Shown here in pieces: positions 49,851-64,000 of a stretch of 64,000 nucleotides of DNA; position 1 is the stretch's first letter, and the number at the start of each line of letters is the position of its first letter. The stretch lies in NCBI GenBank assembly GCA_964016885.1, contig OZ024741.1:359662001-359726000 (forward strand), read 5' to 3'. Under the pieces are notes generated by a model. It searched no databases and was not told the origin of the DNA. It worked only from the letters and a program-made list of their open reading frames with translations. The stretch comes from Eledone cirrhosa (lineage: Eukaryota). Made by a program: the position numbers and the translations under genes.

Positions 49851-51606
49851 AGAACAATACATTTAACAAGAACAGACCAATCGTTAATCTGCAGTGAACA
49901 TTAGGTAAAATAATATGATTATAATTTTTTTAACTATTAACCTCATCTTTAAAGATGTTGTGAAAATCCAGTTTAGAGTAGGAACAATGTACCCCTGCAT
50001 GTTGTATAAGGCAATAAAAAACGTTTACATCGACTGTAATACATTGCCTTGCCTCAAAAAGAACCTCATGATGAATATGAAGGCTGTTATAGGGTCTGCA
50101 AGGCTAACCCCTGCTTTAACAAAGAAAATGGCTTTAAAATGTTTGTTGTAACCTCATCTTTAGAGATGAAACATTTTAAACATACCCATACACAGAATAA
50201 ATGTTGTCAACAGTCTAGAAAATTCTAAGTTGACAGGAAAGAAGAAGACAGCTAACCGATGCAGGTTTAGTTGGCTTCTTATGAGGTTGTATTTCATAGG
50301 AGGTTTCTTGGATGTTTTAATGCCAGAAACCTCAGTCCTATCATGAAAAGCAACGTGAAATGAAATGTCTTGCTCAAGAACATAATGCGCTACCAGGTCC
50401 AGGAATTGAACTTTATGGCCATGAGTTCAACACCCTAACCACTAGGTCATGTACCTTCACACTGACAAGAAAAAGCATTTAACTGTAAAACACTGACTCG
50501 AAATTGAACCTGTCCAACCCATGCCAACGTGGAGAGGGTAGATGTATGAAAGAATAAATGTGTTAACATAACTCATCTGAAGCACTGAGACATTCAAGGA
50601 ACTATAATGATTATAGATGTAAAAAGCGTCAGGAGGACTCTTCAGTTGTGTCAAAAGACATGACAACCTCCCTAGTTTATATGATAAACGCACCCAGTAC
50701 ACTCTGTAAAGTGGTTGGTAATAAGAAAGGCGTCCAGTCATAGAAAAGCAACCAAACAGAGTTAGGAGAACACTTCAGTAGTGTTAAAAGCATGATAATC
50801 TTTCTAGTGCTGGTGCCACAATAAAATTCACATGATAGTGCTTGAGATCATATGTAAACAATATACAGGCTCTTGGCTCATCCATGGAATCAGTAGTTCA
50901 GCTTGAGTGCTGACAGTCTGTGACAACCTGTCCATCCCTTCTTAGTTGGGATAATGTACATATGATGATGATTTGATGGGGACTGCTTGTGCCCAAAATG
51001 TTTATCTAATGGTGGATGTTCTGTAAATGATAATGGTTCATCAGTAAATGAGCAGAAACCAGAACTAGAATTTAGACCCAATAGACAGACTGAGATAACT
51101 GTGGCCTCAGATTAAACTAGATTGATCTGGTAGCTATTCCTGACAGCTAAATCTCTGTGTGTGTATTTGTCAGTTCTAATGATAAGTATACCAGGTGTTT
51201 GACCAACAGAACAAGAACAGCCTACTTATGAAATTACTAAGCATTCAACAGACATGTGCACCCCATAATGTAGTTCTCAGGAAGATTCAGCATGACACAG
51301 TAACAAGACTGGCCCTTTGAATTCAGGAACAATTCATTTTTTCCAGCTGACCAGACTGGAGCAAATGTGAAATATAATGTCTTGCTGAAGGACACAATGC
51401 ATTCTCATGAATCAAACTCACAACCTTACAATCATGAGTCGAATACTAACCACTAAACTACACACTTTCAAAGACACCTAGGTATCCTGAGGTAATATAA
51501 AAATTCTATACAAGAAAAAACAATGAAATACCTGTAGTAGATTTGATATGACTCCTGAACATGTGGGCTGATGCCTTAACATCTAAGCTATCTCACCTTT
51601 ATCAGA

Positions 51607-51641
<35 letters not shown>

Positions 51642-53467
51642 GATTGATATGTTATTATTATCTAAATATCTGACATATCCAATTTCTCTAAACAAACATA
51701 TTCTTTTTTACATTATCAAGTCAATAACACAGTTGCAGAATGTGAGAGAGAGCAAGGAGAGCATGAGAAAGAAGATTCATGAGAACATGGAAAATAAGGT
51801 TTAATCTGAGGAGTTTATATTTAACAATGATACACCTATACAGTTGAGCACCACAAACTTATGGAGATACATCTATAGTGTAGGGTACTACAGACATTTA
51901 TACAGTTGAGTATCATAAGACAAGAATATATCTATAGTATAGAGTACCACAAGACAAGGCTATATATCTATACAGTAGGGTACCATAATCATATTTAAAT
52001 ATCTATACTGTAGGGTACCACAAAACAAAGACATCACTATTGGGGGGGGGGGGGCACAAACCAAGTATATATTCAAGTAAACTCAATTGTAGACAGGTCA
52101 AGAAGTCGAAACAGTAATCAAATTCAGAAAATAGAATCTAAATTCTTACTGATGGTGGCCTTCTGTTTTTAATTTGTTTCATATTATATATAAGAAAGGG
52201 ACATGTCCATAGCCTAGTAAGGACCTACTACAATTAGGCTAAAGAGTGAGAGGACTAACATGGTGGTGGTAAAAGTGGAGCAAATTTTAAGCAGAGAACC
52301 ATACGAATGACTAATATTTGGTGAATGGTTTAGGGTTAATATAGAAATATGGGATGGGTTCCAGTGGAGAAAAGTTAGGGACAGAGTAGTGGGCTGGGTA
52401 TAATGAAAAGGTATCAGTGTAGAGAGGTAGCAGGGTAGTAGGCTAAGTATAATGCAGAGGTGTCACTAGAGAGAGAGCACAAAGTAGTGTGCTGGGTATA
52501 ATGCAGAGGAGAAAGAAGATAGGGATGGAATGAGGGTGGTAGGGTGAGTATAATATAGAGATTCTAGTGAGGAAAAGATAGGAATAGGGTGACAGGCTGA
52601 GTATAACAGAGGTTCTAGTGGAGAGTGTGGGTAGTGGGTTATGTATAAAGTAGAGGATCCAAAGCTGAGATGTGGCAGAGAAGGTCTGAAAAGAAAGTTT
52701 TAGGATCAACTGAAAGAATAGAGGAACAGCCAAATCAATGTAGAGGCTGCTGTTTAAGTACTTAGAGAACTTCTGATCAATACAACAAAAACATAATCTT
52801 TACATGTAGACAAAACAATTGTTAGACAGAAATAATAGCCAAAGTATTATGATCTTCATCATCAACATTTAACATCCATTTTTCCACACTAGCAATATAT
52901 TCATTAGCCTACATATTCCAGTCAAAGATAACACAGAAAAGTAGAAATTCAAGATGATGAGACAGGAAAGGGAAAAAAAAAAAAGATGAATTTTACAGCT
53001 CACACCTATGCAGGTTTAGTTGACCTTCTACAAAGCTGTATCTCACAGGAGGTTTCTCAGGTGTTTTAATGATAATGGAGCCCCAGTCTTGTTATGAAAA
53101 TCCATGTGAACTATCATGCATTGTGCTGAAGAACGGAACACATCGCCCACAACCTGATAATTGAGTCCAACACCCTATCTATTGGGCTATGCCTCATAAC
53201 ATGATGAGACATAATAATAGAGTAACGTAGAAAGGAAGAAGTAGATGGCACAAAATAAAAAACCCTATCAGCAATCAAAATAGGACAGAAAAGTGTGTGA
53301 TTTGGTCATTTGTTACTGTAGCTATTTTTTTTTTTCTTTACAAAAAACAATTTCTCATTTTATTCCATATAAAATAAGAAAAAGTAAGAGCCAAACTAAA
53401 AGATCTTTCATTAAAATTTTTTTAAAGTATTTTGTCAATGCAAACCAAGAAGTATGATATATATTAA

Positions 53468-53827
53468 CTTTTAACATCCTATAATGATTTAACAAAAAAT
53501 GTCTAAAACCAGGTTTGTTAATTCAAATGTTTATAGCATGTTTACTATCAGACAGATTGTTGTAAAATTTTGCAGTGTTAAAGTAAAAGACTTCAATTTT
53601 TTATGTGATGTAGTCATAGTGCTGTTTTGTACTTTTCAATAATGTTTTGCTAATGAAGTTTCATGGAGTTTGTTAATTCAAATGCTTATGGTATCTTTAG
53701 TATTAAACAGATTGTTGTGAAGATTTGCAGATTTGTGAAGAGTTGTTAATCTGATGCAGTCATAGTGTTTTGTACTTTTTAAAAATGTATTGCTCATGTA
53801 GTTTCATATAGTAAAGGATGTTAAGAG
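53468..53827. mobile_element. MITE (second family) with TTAA TSD
   Basis: TTAA|cttttaacatcct ... aggatgttaagag|TTAA. A related element spans ~23080-24675 and hosts nested insertions. Confidence 0.65.
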
Positions 53828-55440
53828 TTAACATTTTGTCTTTAGTCATTTATGGAAGTAGAATATTGTAAAAGCAATGAAAGTGTAGAACTTTAGAAGC
53901 TTTTATAAATGACATGCTCATAAATACATGAAAGTTCTGATATGATGTTAATTTTGTTAGTATGGTGAAATGCTTGGATGATATAGTTTATATAAGTATA
54001 ATATAGGAACTCTGCAGTGGTCTTCCTCAGAGGACGACAGTATAAAATTTATTTTGAAAAGATGTGTTTCTGAGTACTGGGAACTATGTTAAAATTTCCA
54101 GAAATTAGCTCTTGTTTAAATACAACTAACACTTGAAGAATGTGTAGAAAATTAAAATTGTAAAAAAAAAAAAAAATAAATAAATGAAAAATTAAAAAAA
54201 TTGCAAAAATTTTGGCATATATAAATGTTTGTGCAATATAAGAGAGTAGGTTTTAGGCATAGTGCTGATGAGCTAATGCAAATGGAAAATGTTGGTTGCT
54301 GTTTTTGTTTGTTTTGTATGTTTGAAATAACATTTGAAAACAAAATTTTAGTGGAAAGGAATCAGAAAATTTTAAAGCTCTCAGTGTTCAAAATAATGGT
54401 AAAAGGAAGTTACCAACCGTGAAACCCTCCTCCCAAAGATGTCAGCTCTTCAACTCCTGAGAATAAGACACTGGGCTTCCAAAATCCCCAATGAATGATT
54501 AAGGAAAATCACTAGAACCATCAGGATAAAATGCTTCTGTGAAATGCAACATATGAAATATATAGCTCATGTTACCTACCTAGGGAATTAATGTTTACAA
54601 ACAAATTCTTTTTACCCAACAGAGAAAAAAATTTGCTGTTTGTGAGAAAAGATCTTCAGCCATCTTCAAAAAATATTATGAGGGAAGACAGCATTCTGGT
54701 AACTATTTGGTTACATCAATATAATGTTTAAATTGCAATCAAATGGAAACTTCATACATAAAATAATGCTTTTTCTTTCTAAAAAGATAAAAGATGGTGC
54801 TGAAAGTGGGATAGCAGCACAATATATGTGTGCCACAGATCATCCTGAAAGAGATGCTATTATTTTGGATGGCCCAAGGGTGGTGGATTAGAAGAAGTCA
54901 ACTTTGCCTTTCATACTTCCTGAGTCTATAAAAATAAAGTACCAATCAAGTACTGGGTCGATTTAAATGACTTTCCCCTCTTCCCTAAATTTCCGATCTT
55001 GTGCCTATGTTAGAAACAATTATTTGGGACGGACCAAAGACCACACTATGTCGCACAACAGCAAATTTACGATGTCAATGAAACATCTATATAGAAAGGA
55101 GTTGAATATTCTCTTGTTTCTGAGCTGACTTTTGTTTTAACATAGAATGATATCAATAACTTCCTCAATGCATTGCACCTGTATTTTCTCAAAATAGCGT
55201 TTTTTTCAGAGAAAGCCAAACATTTTTTCCTATAAGATTAAGCCAATCTAAATAATTACCATATTTTCCAGTGTGGCGGATGCTGTTTTTTCCCCAAAAC
55301 ATAAATTTAAAAATATTATCCGCATCTGGTTGACAATTACGTTTGTTGTTAGGTTAAATTCTTTCTTTCCAAAAATTAAAATTTAGAAACTCAAATGGAG
55401 GTACAACTGTGACAGAATGTCTTTGATGCCAGGAAATATG

Positions 55441-55493
<53 letters not shown>

Positions 55494-55929
55494 GATATAT
55501 ATGTATATATATATATATATTTACACACACACACACATATATACTCACACACACACACACCCGCACATATATATAGCCATATATGCACACACATATACAT
55601 ATATATATACATATATATACCCATATATGCACACACAAACATATGTACACACATACATATACACACACATATACATTTTTTTAACGATCGACTTTCGTCA
55701 AATCGGACCGAGGAAACAATGTTTCCATCGGTCTTTCCAGTTGCTAATACTATCTATCGGTCGCAACTCCAGGTAGAAGGAGCAACGTGAAATAAAATGT
55801 CTTGCTCAAGGACATAACGCATCGACCGGTCCAGGACTCGAACTCACAACCTCAAGATTGTGAATCCAATTCTCTAACCACTCAGCCGCACACCTTCACA
55901 TATACATATATACACATATATGTACAATT

Positions 55930-56313
55930 TCATTTTTCATTTTACGTCCGCTTTTCCCTGCTTGCAAGGGTGGGACAGGAACTGATTCTGGCTTGATTTC
56001 TACAGCTGGATGCCCTTCCTAACACCAACCTCATTTACAGTGAGTGCTGGGTGCTTTTTTGCCGTGGCACCTCCACAACCACTTTATAGTGTGGGCTGGG
56101 TGCTTTTTTTTTGCCATGGCACCTCCACGACCACTTTGCAGTGGAATGATAGGGACCCCATTCCTATCATCTCATTTCTACAGCTGAGTAAACTGGAGCA
56201 ATGTGAAATAAAGTGTCTTGCTCAAGGAAACAACACATCACCAGGTCTGAGAATTGAACTCACAACCTTTCGATTGCAAGGTCAATGCTCTAACCACTAA
56301 GCCATGTGCCTCC
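55930..56313 (-). mobile_element. CORE-SINE head joined to an RTE-type 3' tail
   Basis: Head ggaggcacatggcttagtggttagagc...gagttcaattc, CORE-like cttgagcaagacactttatttcac, then the RTE tail ggttggtgttaggaagggcatccagctgtagaaa...ggacgtaaaatg. Confidence 0.7.
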
Positions 56314-56449
56314 ATATACATATATATACCCATATATACAGACACAAACATATGTACACATACATATATATACACACATATATATACGTATATACACATA
56401 CATATATACACATACATACATACATACATACATACATACACACATATAT

Positions 56450-56494
<45 letters not shown>

Positions 56495-56603
56495 CATACA
56501 CATGATGGCTGCCCCCTCGTTATCGAGTATGGCCATTGCACGAGGAGAAAAAAAAAAAAAATTAATAAATAAATAAAAAATAAAATAAAAATAAAAAAAA
56601 ATG

Positions 56604-56637
<34 letters not shown>

Positions 56638-56813
56638 TACATATATGCACACACATACATATACACACACACACATATACATTAATAACAATAATAATAA
56701 TAATAATAACAACAACAATAATGATAACGACAACAACAATAATATACATATATATATATACACACACACACACACATAAACACATCTATACACACTCACA
56801 CACACGATAGCAA

Positions 56814-58241
56814 CTAACAGCGCTGTGATCGAATGTGGCTTTTTAGACCAGCCAATGATCTAAAATGTCTTGCACAGAGTCGGCAACCAAAACATTCACT
56901 GGGAATAGTCGGCTGTGGTTGGAGTTTGTGTACTTTTGCATGTCGCTTGAGCCCTCCTGCTGATTTACATTCTCTACCACATGTTTGGCAAGCATGATGA
57001 GTAGCATCTCCAACAGCAGCCTGGTAATCAACCACTGGTCTTACTTTATGACTGCGAAGATGACTTTCGAGTCCAGCTTTGCTTAGGCAGAGTCTCGCAC
57101 ATACGCTGCATGTCAGCACCATAGGAGGACCCTCGCCGTCTGGAAGTGCAACAGCAATGCCCTTCCTCACATCCCGCTTTACTTTCTCGTATGCGATTCG
57201 AGATGCCTCAAAGGCAACTTTTCCCTCATATACAGTCTTTCTCCATTTATTACGATCAGCAGCAATATTCTCCCATGTATCAGCAGAGATGATAGCGTCT
57301 CTAACAGAGGCTTTCAAGGAATCCTTATACCTCTTTTTTGGTTTATGTGGCGGTCGTTTTCTTTTAACCAACTCTCCATAAAAGAGTTGTTTTGGTATTC
57401 TAGAATCCTTCATCCTGGCAAGGTGACCACTCCAACGGAGTCGTTGCTTAAGCACAAGAGCTTCAATACTGTCACACATAGAACTTTCCAAAATCTCGAC
57501 ATCACTAATGTCGTCCCTCCAGTGAACGCCATGGATCCGTCTGAGACACATCTGATGGAAACGCTCCAATTGCTTAAGGTCGTGTCGATATGTGACCCAA
57601 GTCTCACAGGCATAAAGAAGACAAGAGAGCACACATGCCCTGTACACCTTTACTTTTGTCCTCCTGCATATGTCTCCCCGACCCCAGAGTCGCCTTTCTA
57701 GCTTTCCGAAAGCATCACTTGCTTTCCTAATCCTAAGTGAGATTTCACTGTCAAGGTTGCTGTATCGATTGACAGTGCTTCCCAGGTAGACAAACTGATC
57801 AACCACTCCAAGTCGTTTACCATAGACATAGATATTTGGTTCAGTGTACTGCTTACCAGGGGCAGGTTGGTACATGACGACGGTTTTCTTGAGACAGACA
57901 GTCAGACCTAGGGCAGTGCAAGCGTCAGAAAATGTATTCAAAATGTGCTGCATATCACTCTCTGTGTGCGCTACAAGATCGCAATCATCTGCATACAAGA
58001 CGTCTCTTATGATTGATGTAAATACTTTTGTCTTCGCAGCAAAGCGCCTGATGTTAAATATGCTGCCTGAGGTTCGATATCGGATGTAAACACCATGCTC
58101 GCAATTCCTGAATGCAATACAGAAAACCATTGCAAAGTATATGGCAAACAGGGTCGGTGCTGGAATATCCCCCTGTTTCACTCCATTTTTTACTGAGATA
58201 GGCTCCGACATGTTACCCCCGACATTAACCCAAGCCTTCAT
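56814..58241 (-). CDS. RTE (BovB-like) LINE reverse transcriptase C-terminal half with three C-terminal C2H2-type zinc fingers (5'-truncated; element spans ~56501-58292)
   Basis: GVKQGDIPAPTLF, LYADD, FVYLGS, LLYACETW, LRWSGHLARM, RIPKQLFYGEL; three CxxC...H fingers. The 3' tail gcaatggccatactcgataacgagg lies at ~56501-56541. Confidence 0.92.
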   Translation of the reverse strand: MKAWVNVGGNMSEPISVKNGVKQGDIPAPTLFAIYFAMVFCIAFRNCEHGVYIRYRTSGSIFNIRRFAAKTKVFTSIIRDVLYADDCDLVAHTESDMQHILNTFSDACTALGLTVCLKKTVVMYQPAPGKQYTEPNIYVYGKRLGVVDQFVYLGSTVNRYSNLDSEISLRIRKASDAFGKLERRLWGRGDICRRTKVKVYRACVLSCLLYACETWVTYRHDLKQLERFHQMCLRRIHGVHWRDDISDVEILESSMCDSIEALVLKQRLRWSGHLARMKDSRIPKQLFYGELVKRKRPPHKPKKRYKDSLKASVRDAIISADTWENIAADRNKWRKTVYEGKVAFEASRIAYEKVKRDVRKGIAVALPDGEGPPMVLTCSVCARLCLSKAGLESHLRSHKVRPVVDYQAAVGDATHHACQTCGRECKSAGGLKRHAKVHKLQPQPTIPSECFGCRLCARHFRSLAGLKSHIRSQRC

Positions 58242-58305
58242 GTCGTCATGGAAAGACCTAACTAAAGCAAGGAACTTATCAGGGCAACCACGCTACTCTA
58301 CTCAC

Positions 58306-59704
58306 CTGCATTTCATCTAGGTCAATTCTCTCTCTGATTAGTTGCGCTATTACTTTTTCCGTGACCTTCGTGACCTGGTCGATTAATTTAATGCCTCTAT
58401 AGTTACTCCTATCTAGGGCGTCTCCTTTACCCTTATAACAGTTAACGATGCTGCTGCTATGCCAGTCCTTCGGAACAACCCCATTCTGTACGACTTGGTT
58501 AACTATGCGGGTGACCATGGTGTGTCCCACCGTGCCAGATGCCTTCAGCATCTCAGCATCTATTTCTGAAGGCCCAGCCGCCTTACCCGTCTTCATATCC
58601 TTGATTGCCTTACTTATTATACTCCCCTCGACTAACACTGCTGGTCCCTCTATTGGGTCGATATGGGGGAGACTGTCTTTCTCCCATTTATTCTCCTCAT
58701 TTAGTAGCCTTTCATAGTGACAATTCCAAGCTACCTTCTTATCAGCGTCGGTGATGGCAAGTATGCCATCATCGTTAAGTACACACTTCTCCCCGACAAT
58801 ATCACAGTTTTCCTTGACGCATTGCCTAGCAATCCTGAACACCTCACGTTTTTGGTCATCGCGTTGTAGAACATGCTTGAACTTTCTTTCCTCAGCTTCC
58901 CTTCTTGCTAAGTACACTTGTCTCCTAGCTTCCCTCCTGGCCACTTGATAGTCTTCTCTACTTCCCCCATCCCGCCATACTTTCCAAGCCTGCTTTTTGG
59001 CCTTAATTGATCCCTCCACCTTACTGTTCCACCACCATGTTACTCTCCTCCTGCCTACAGTCCTGCTCCAGCCACAGACTTCGTCTGTCGCCAACAGCAG
59101 GTTTGCTTTCAGAAATTCCCACTGTCCCTCTATATTGTCCGACTCTAAATGTTCTTCCTTACTGTCGAAAGCATCAAGTAATATGCTTTGAAATTTATTT
59201 CTGGCTGTGGGGGTCCTTTAGCTTCCATATTTTTCTCCTGAGGATAGTCCTCTTCTGCTGTCGAGTACGTCTCGTCCTGACTATGAGGTCGCTAATTATC
59301 AGTCTATGTTGGGAGGTGCATTCTTCATGGGGGAGGGATTTAGTGTTTGCAACAGACACTCTGTCACGTCTTCTGGTAAGGATATAATCTACCTGGCTTG
59401 TGTGTTCTCCGGATCTATAGGTGATCAGGTGATTGTCACGTTTTTTGAAGTTAGTGTTACAGATAGTTAGGTTATTTGCATCACAGAATTCCAGGATTCT
59501 GGAGCCTTCCTCATTTCTAGTACCAAACCCATAGCCTCCATGGATTTCGTCGTAGCCGTCACAATGTTGTCCAACGTGACCATTTAGGTCGCCTGCGATA
59601 ATTATATAGTCACTGTCGGATATTTGGGAGGTAGTTAGCATCAGTGTCTCATAGAATCTGTCTTTTATAGTGCCGGGCAGTCCGGATTGGGGTGCGTACG
59701 CAGA

Positions 59705-59705
<1 letters not shown>
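58306..59705 (-). mobile_element. RTE LINE fragment (APE C-terminal half to RT N-terminus), frameshifted
   Basis: [36 protein letters not shown] (APE); TWWWN, KAAGP, NYRGIKL, DEMQ. Related to, but diverged from, the 62293 element. Confidence 0.9.
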
Positions 59706-61514
<1,809 letters not shown>

Positions 61515-61516
<2 letters not shown>

Positions 61517-61868
61517 ATAAAAGTAGCGAAACAAACGGTTATTAAACAATTTTCTAAATAAATTAATATTTACTTGCTATACCTTATAGCGTGGAAATAG
61601 GGCTGTCTGAAGATTCATTTCTTTCCATTGGAAATTCGTTGGATTTCCAATCTTTCGGAATGATGAAACCGTCGGTAACAGCATCTGAACAGGTGATTAT
61701 TTAATCATTTTTTAATTTATTTAGAAAATTGTTTAATAACCGTTTGTTTCGCTACTTTTATATTGTTCTGGTATCTCGAATTAGTGCCATTGAACCACAT
61801 GTATTATAAACAACTTGAATATTTCTACAAGTACATTGTACCTGTTGAAGCATCCATCCACTTCTATA
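61515..61868 (+). mobile_element. Fold-back non-coding mini-element with hammerhead ribozyme, embedded in (TA)n
   Basis: Perfect 52-bp inverted repeat 61515-61566/61712-61763 enclosing a complete hammerhead; ~105-bp unique 3' extension. Confidence 0.8.
61602..61682 (+). ncRNA. Type I hammerhead ribozyme with extended stem II
   Basis: Stem I gctgt/acagc; CTGAAGA at 61607-13; stem II tcatttc/ggaatga plus inner hairpin attggaaattc-gtt-ggatttccaat; GAAA; stem III ACC-gtc-GGT; cleavage triplet GTA at 61675-77. Confidence 0.8.
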
Positions 61869-61941
61869 TACATATATATATATATATATACATATATATA
61901 CATATATATACATATATATACATATATATACATATATATAC

Positions 61942-61996
<55 letters not shown>

Positions 61997-62064
61997 CATA
62001 TATATATACATATACATATATATATATATACATATATACATATACATATATATATACACATATA

Positions 62065-62104
<40 letters not shown>

Positions 62105-62141
62105 CATACATATATATATACATACATATATATATACATAC

Positions 62142-62190
<49 letters not shown>

Positions 62191-62292
62191 CATATATACA
62201 TATATATACATATATATATATACATATATACATATATATACATATATATATATACATATATACATATATACATATATATACATATATATATA
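61866..62292. repeat. (TA)n/(TACA) microsatellite
   Basis: Direct reading of the sequence. Confidence 0.95.
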
Positions 62293-62346
62293 GAGGGACC
62301 AGCAGTACAAGTCAGCGGCAGCGTAGTAAGTAAGGCAATCAGAGAT

Positions 62347-63972
62347 ATGAAGATAGGGAAGGCAACCGGTCCATCGGGTATAGCTGCCGAGATGCTGAAG
62401 GCATCTGGGTCTGTAGGTCACACTATAACCACACGTATCGTTAACCAGGTAATACTAGAGGGGGCCATACCAAAAGATTGGTGCAGTAGCATCATTGTCA
62501 ACTGCTACAAAGGTAAAGGCGATGCACTAGATAGAGGAAACTATAGAGGTATAAAGTTGATGGACCAGGTCATGAAAGTAACAGAAAGAGTTATAGCACA
62601 GCTGATTAGGGACCGGGTGAATATAGACGAGATGCAATTTGGGTTTGTTCCAGGGAAAGGCACCACTGATGCGCTCTTCCTTGTGAGGCAATTACAGGAA
62701 AAGTACCTAGCTAAAAGTAAGCCACTCTACTTGGCATTTGTCGACCTTGAGAAAGCCTTTGACAGAGTTCCACGTGCAGTAATCTGGTGGGCTCTTAGAA
62801 AACTAGGAGTAGATGAATGGCTTGTGAAAGCGGTACAAGCCATGTATAGGGGAGCAGTCAGCAAAGTTAGGATTGGCAATGAGTATAGCGAGGAATTTAG
62901 CGTACAGGTTGGGGTCCACCAGGGCTCTGTTCTTAGCCCTCTCCTGTTCATCATAGTCCTGCAGGCAATAACGGAGGAGTTTAAGACCGGATGCCCATGG
63001 GAACTCCTGTATGCTGATGACCTCGCACTCATAGCTGAATCTATGGTAGAACTAGAGAATAAATTCCAAACCTGGAAGCAGGGACTAGAGAGAAAGGGCC
63101 TCAAAGTCAACATGACAAAGACTAAGGTCCTTATAAGTAGACGAGAAAACAGAACCCAGATCCCCTCAGGGAAATGGCCTTGCTCAGTATGTAGGAAAGG
63201 TGTAGGTTGGAACTCCATTCTTTGCCCCAAATGCAAACAATGGGTACACAAGAGATGTAGCGGGATCTCAGGAAGCTTAATTAAGAATGTAGGATTCACA
63301 TGCAGCAGCTGTGCTGAAACAGCAAGCAAACAGCCACAGGAAACAAGTACCACCAATCTCTGGGAGGGCCCTGTAGAAACAGTAGACAGCTTCTGCTACC
63401 TAGGTGACCGAATTAGCAACGGAGGTGGGTGCTCAGAAAGTACAATAACTAGGGTAAGAACGGGATGGAAGAAGTTTAGGGAACTACTACCACTGCTAGC
63501 TGCAAAAGGCTTCTCCCTCAGAATGAAAGGCAGACTGTATGATGTGTGTATCCGAACAGCGATGTTGCATGGTAGTGAGACCTGGGCGCTGAAGGTGGAA
63601 GACTTACGTAGATTAGAGAGAAACGAAGCCTGCATGCTCCGATGGATGTGTAACAGTAATATACGTGAACGACAAAGCATAAATGAATTGAGAGAGAGAC
63701 TGAGCATAAGAGGAATCAAATGTTGCGTGCAGGAGAGGCGGTTACGCTGGTATGGACATGTGATGCGTATGAAGGATGACAGCTGCATAAAAAGGTGCAG
63801 AGCACTAGAAGTTGATGGAAACCGCGGAGTGGGGAGACCCAAGATGACTTGGGATGAGGTGATAAAAGCCGACCTTACCCAACTACACCTCTCAAAGTCA
63901 ATGACACACGACCGTGACTTCTGGCGTCACGCAGTAATACAGGGTACCCGACCTCCCATGGGTACATGCTGA
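62347..63972 (+). CDS. RTE LINE reverse transcriptase (5'-truncated, open frame from ~62291) with an internal PHD-like finger
   Basis: [62 protein letters not shown]; no stops over 541 aa. Confidence 0.95.
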   Translation: MKIGKATGPSGIAAEMLKASGSVGHTITTRIVNQVILEGAIPKDWCSSIIVNCYKGKGDALDRGNYRGIKLMDQVMKVTERVIAQLIRDRVNIDEMQFGFVPGKGTTDALFLVRQLQEKYLAKSKPLYLAFVDLEKAFDRVPRAVIWWALRKLGVDEWLVKAVQAMYRGAVSKVRIGNEYSEEFSVQVGVHQGSVLSPLLFIIVLQAITEEFKTGCPWELLYADDLALIAESMVELENKFQTWKQGLERKGLKVNMTKTKVLISRRENRTQIPSGKWPCSVCRKGVGWNSILCPKCKQWVHKRCSGISGSLIKNVGFTCSSCAETASKQPQETSTTNLWEGPVETVDSFCYLGDRISNGGGCSESTITRVRTGWKKFRELLPLLAAKGFSLRMKGRLYDVCIRTAMLHGSETWALKVEDLRRLERNEACMLRWMCNSNIRERQSINELRERLSIRGIKCCVQERRLRWYGHVMRMKDDSCIKRCRALEVDGNRGVGRPKMTWDEVIKADLTQLHLSKSMTHDRDFWRHAVIQGTRPPMGTC

Positions 63973-64000
63973 AGCATATAAACAATATGCCCCCCCCCCC

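Noticed and set aside
54408-54545. AG...GT-bounded candidate exon in the upstream choline kinase intron
   Set aside because: All three frames contain stops and show no kinase similarity.

Overview
AT-rich, repeat-dense animal genomic DNA. The SINE/RTE/Penelope/Helitron repertoire and the very long (TA)n tracts point to an octopus genome (inference). The only host gene I can support is a choline kinase (CHKA/CHKB-like) on the minus strand. Four 3' coding exons splice in frame with GT-AG boundaries (47292-47376, 44397-44505, 42138-42308, 40462-40533); the upstream exons appear to lie beyond the right end of the window. A possible promoter and first exon of a second minus-strand gene lies near 29.2-29.4 kb. 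The rest is transposon-derived: Penelope-like elements (PLEs; Neptune-like, Naiad-like and others), two RTE LINE families, a CR1-type LINE, a CRE-type RLE fragment, a solo LTR, Helitrons, TTAA MITEs, two tRNA-SINE families and a 59/62-bp satellite. The most notable pattern is a recurring class of fold-back PLE-type insertions in (TA)n tracts carrying hammerhead-ribozyme motifs, two with greatly extended stem II hairpins. Also notable are one RTE ORF with a PHD-like finger inside the RT and another with three C-terminal C2H2-type fingers. Most long ORFs in the ORF track are microsatellite or satellite artefacts. No database searches or folding programs were run; all pairings were read by eye.
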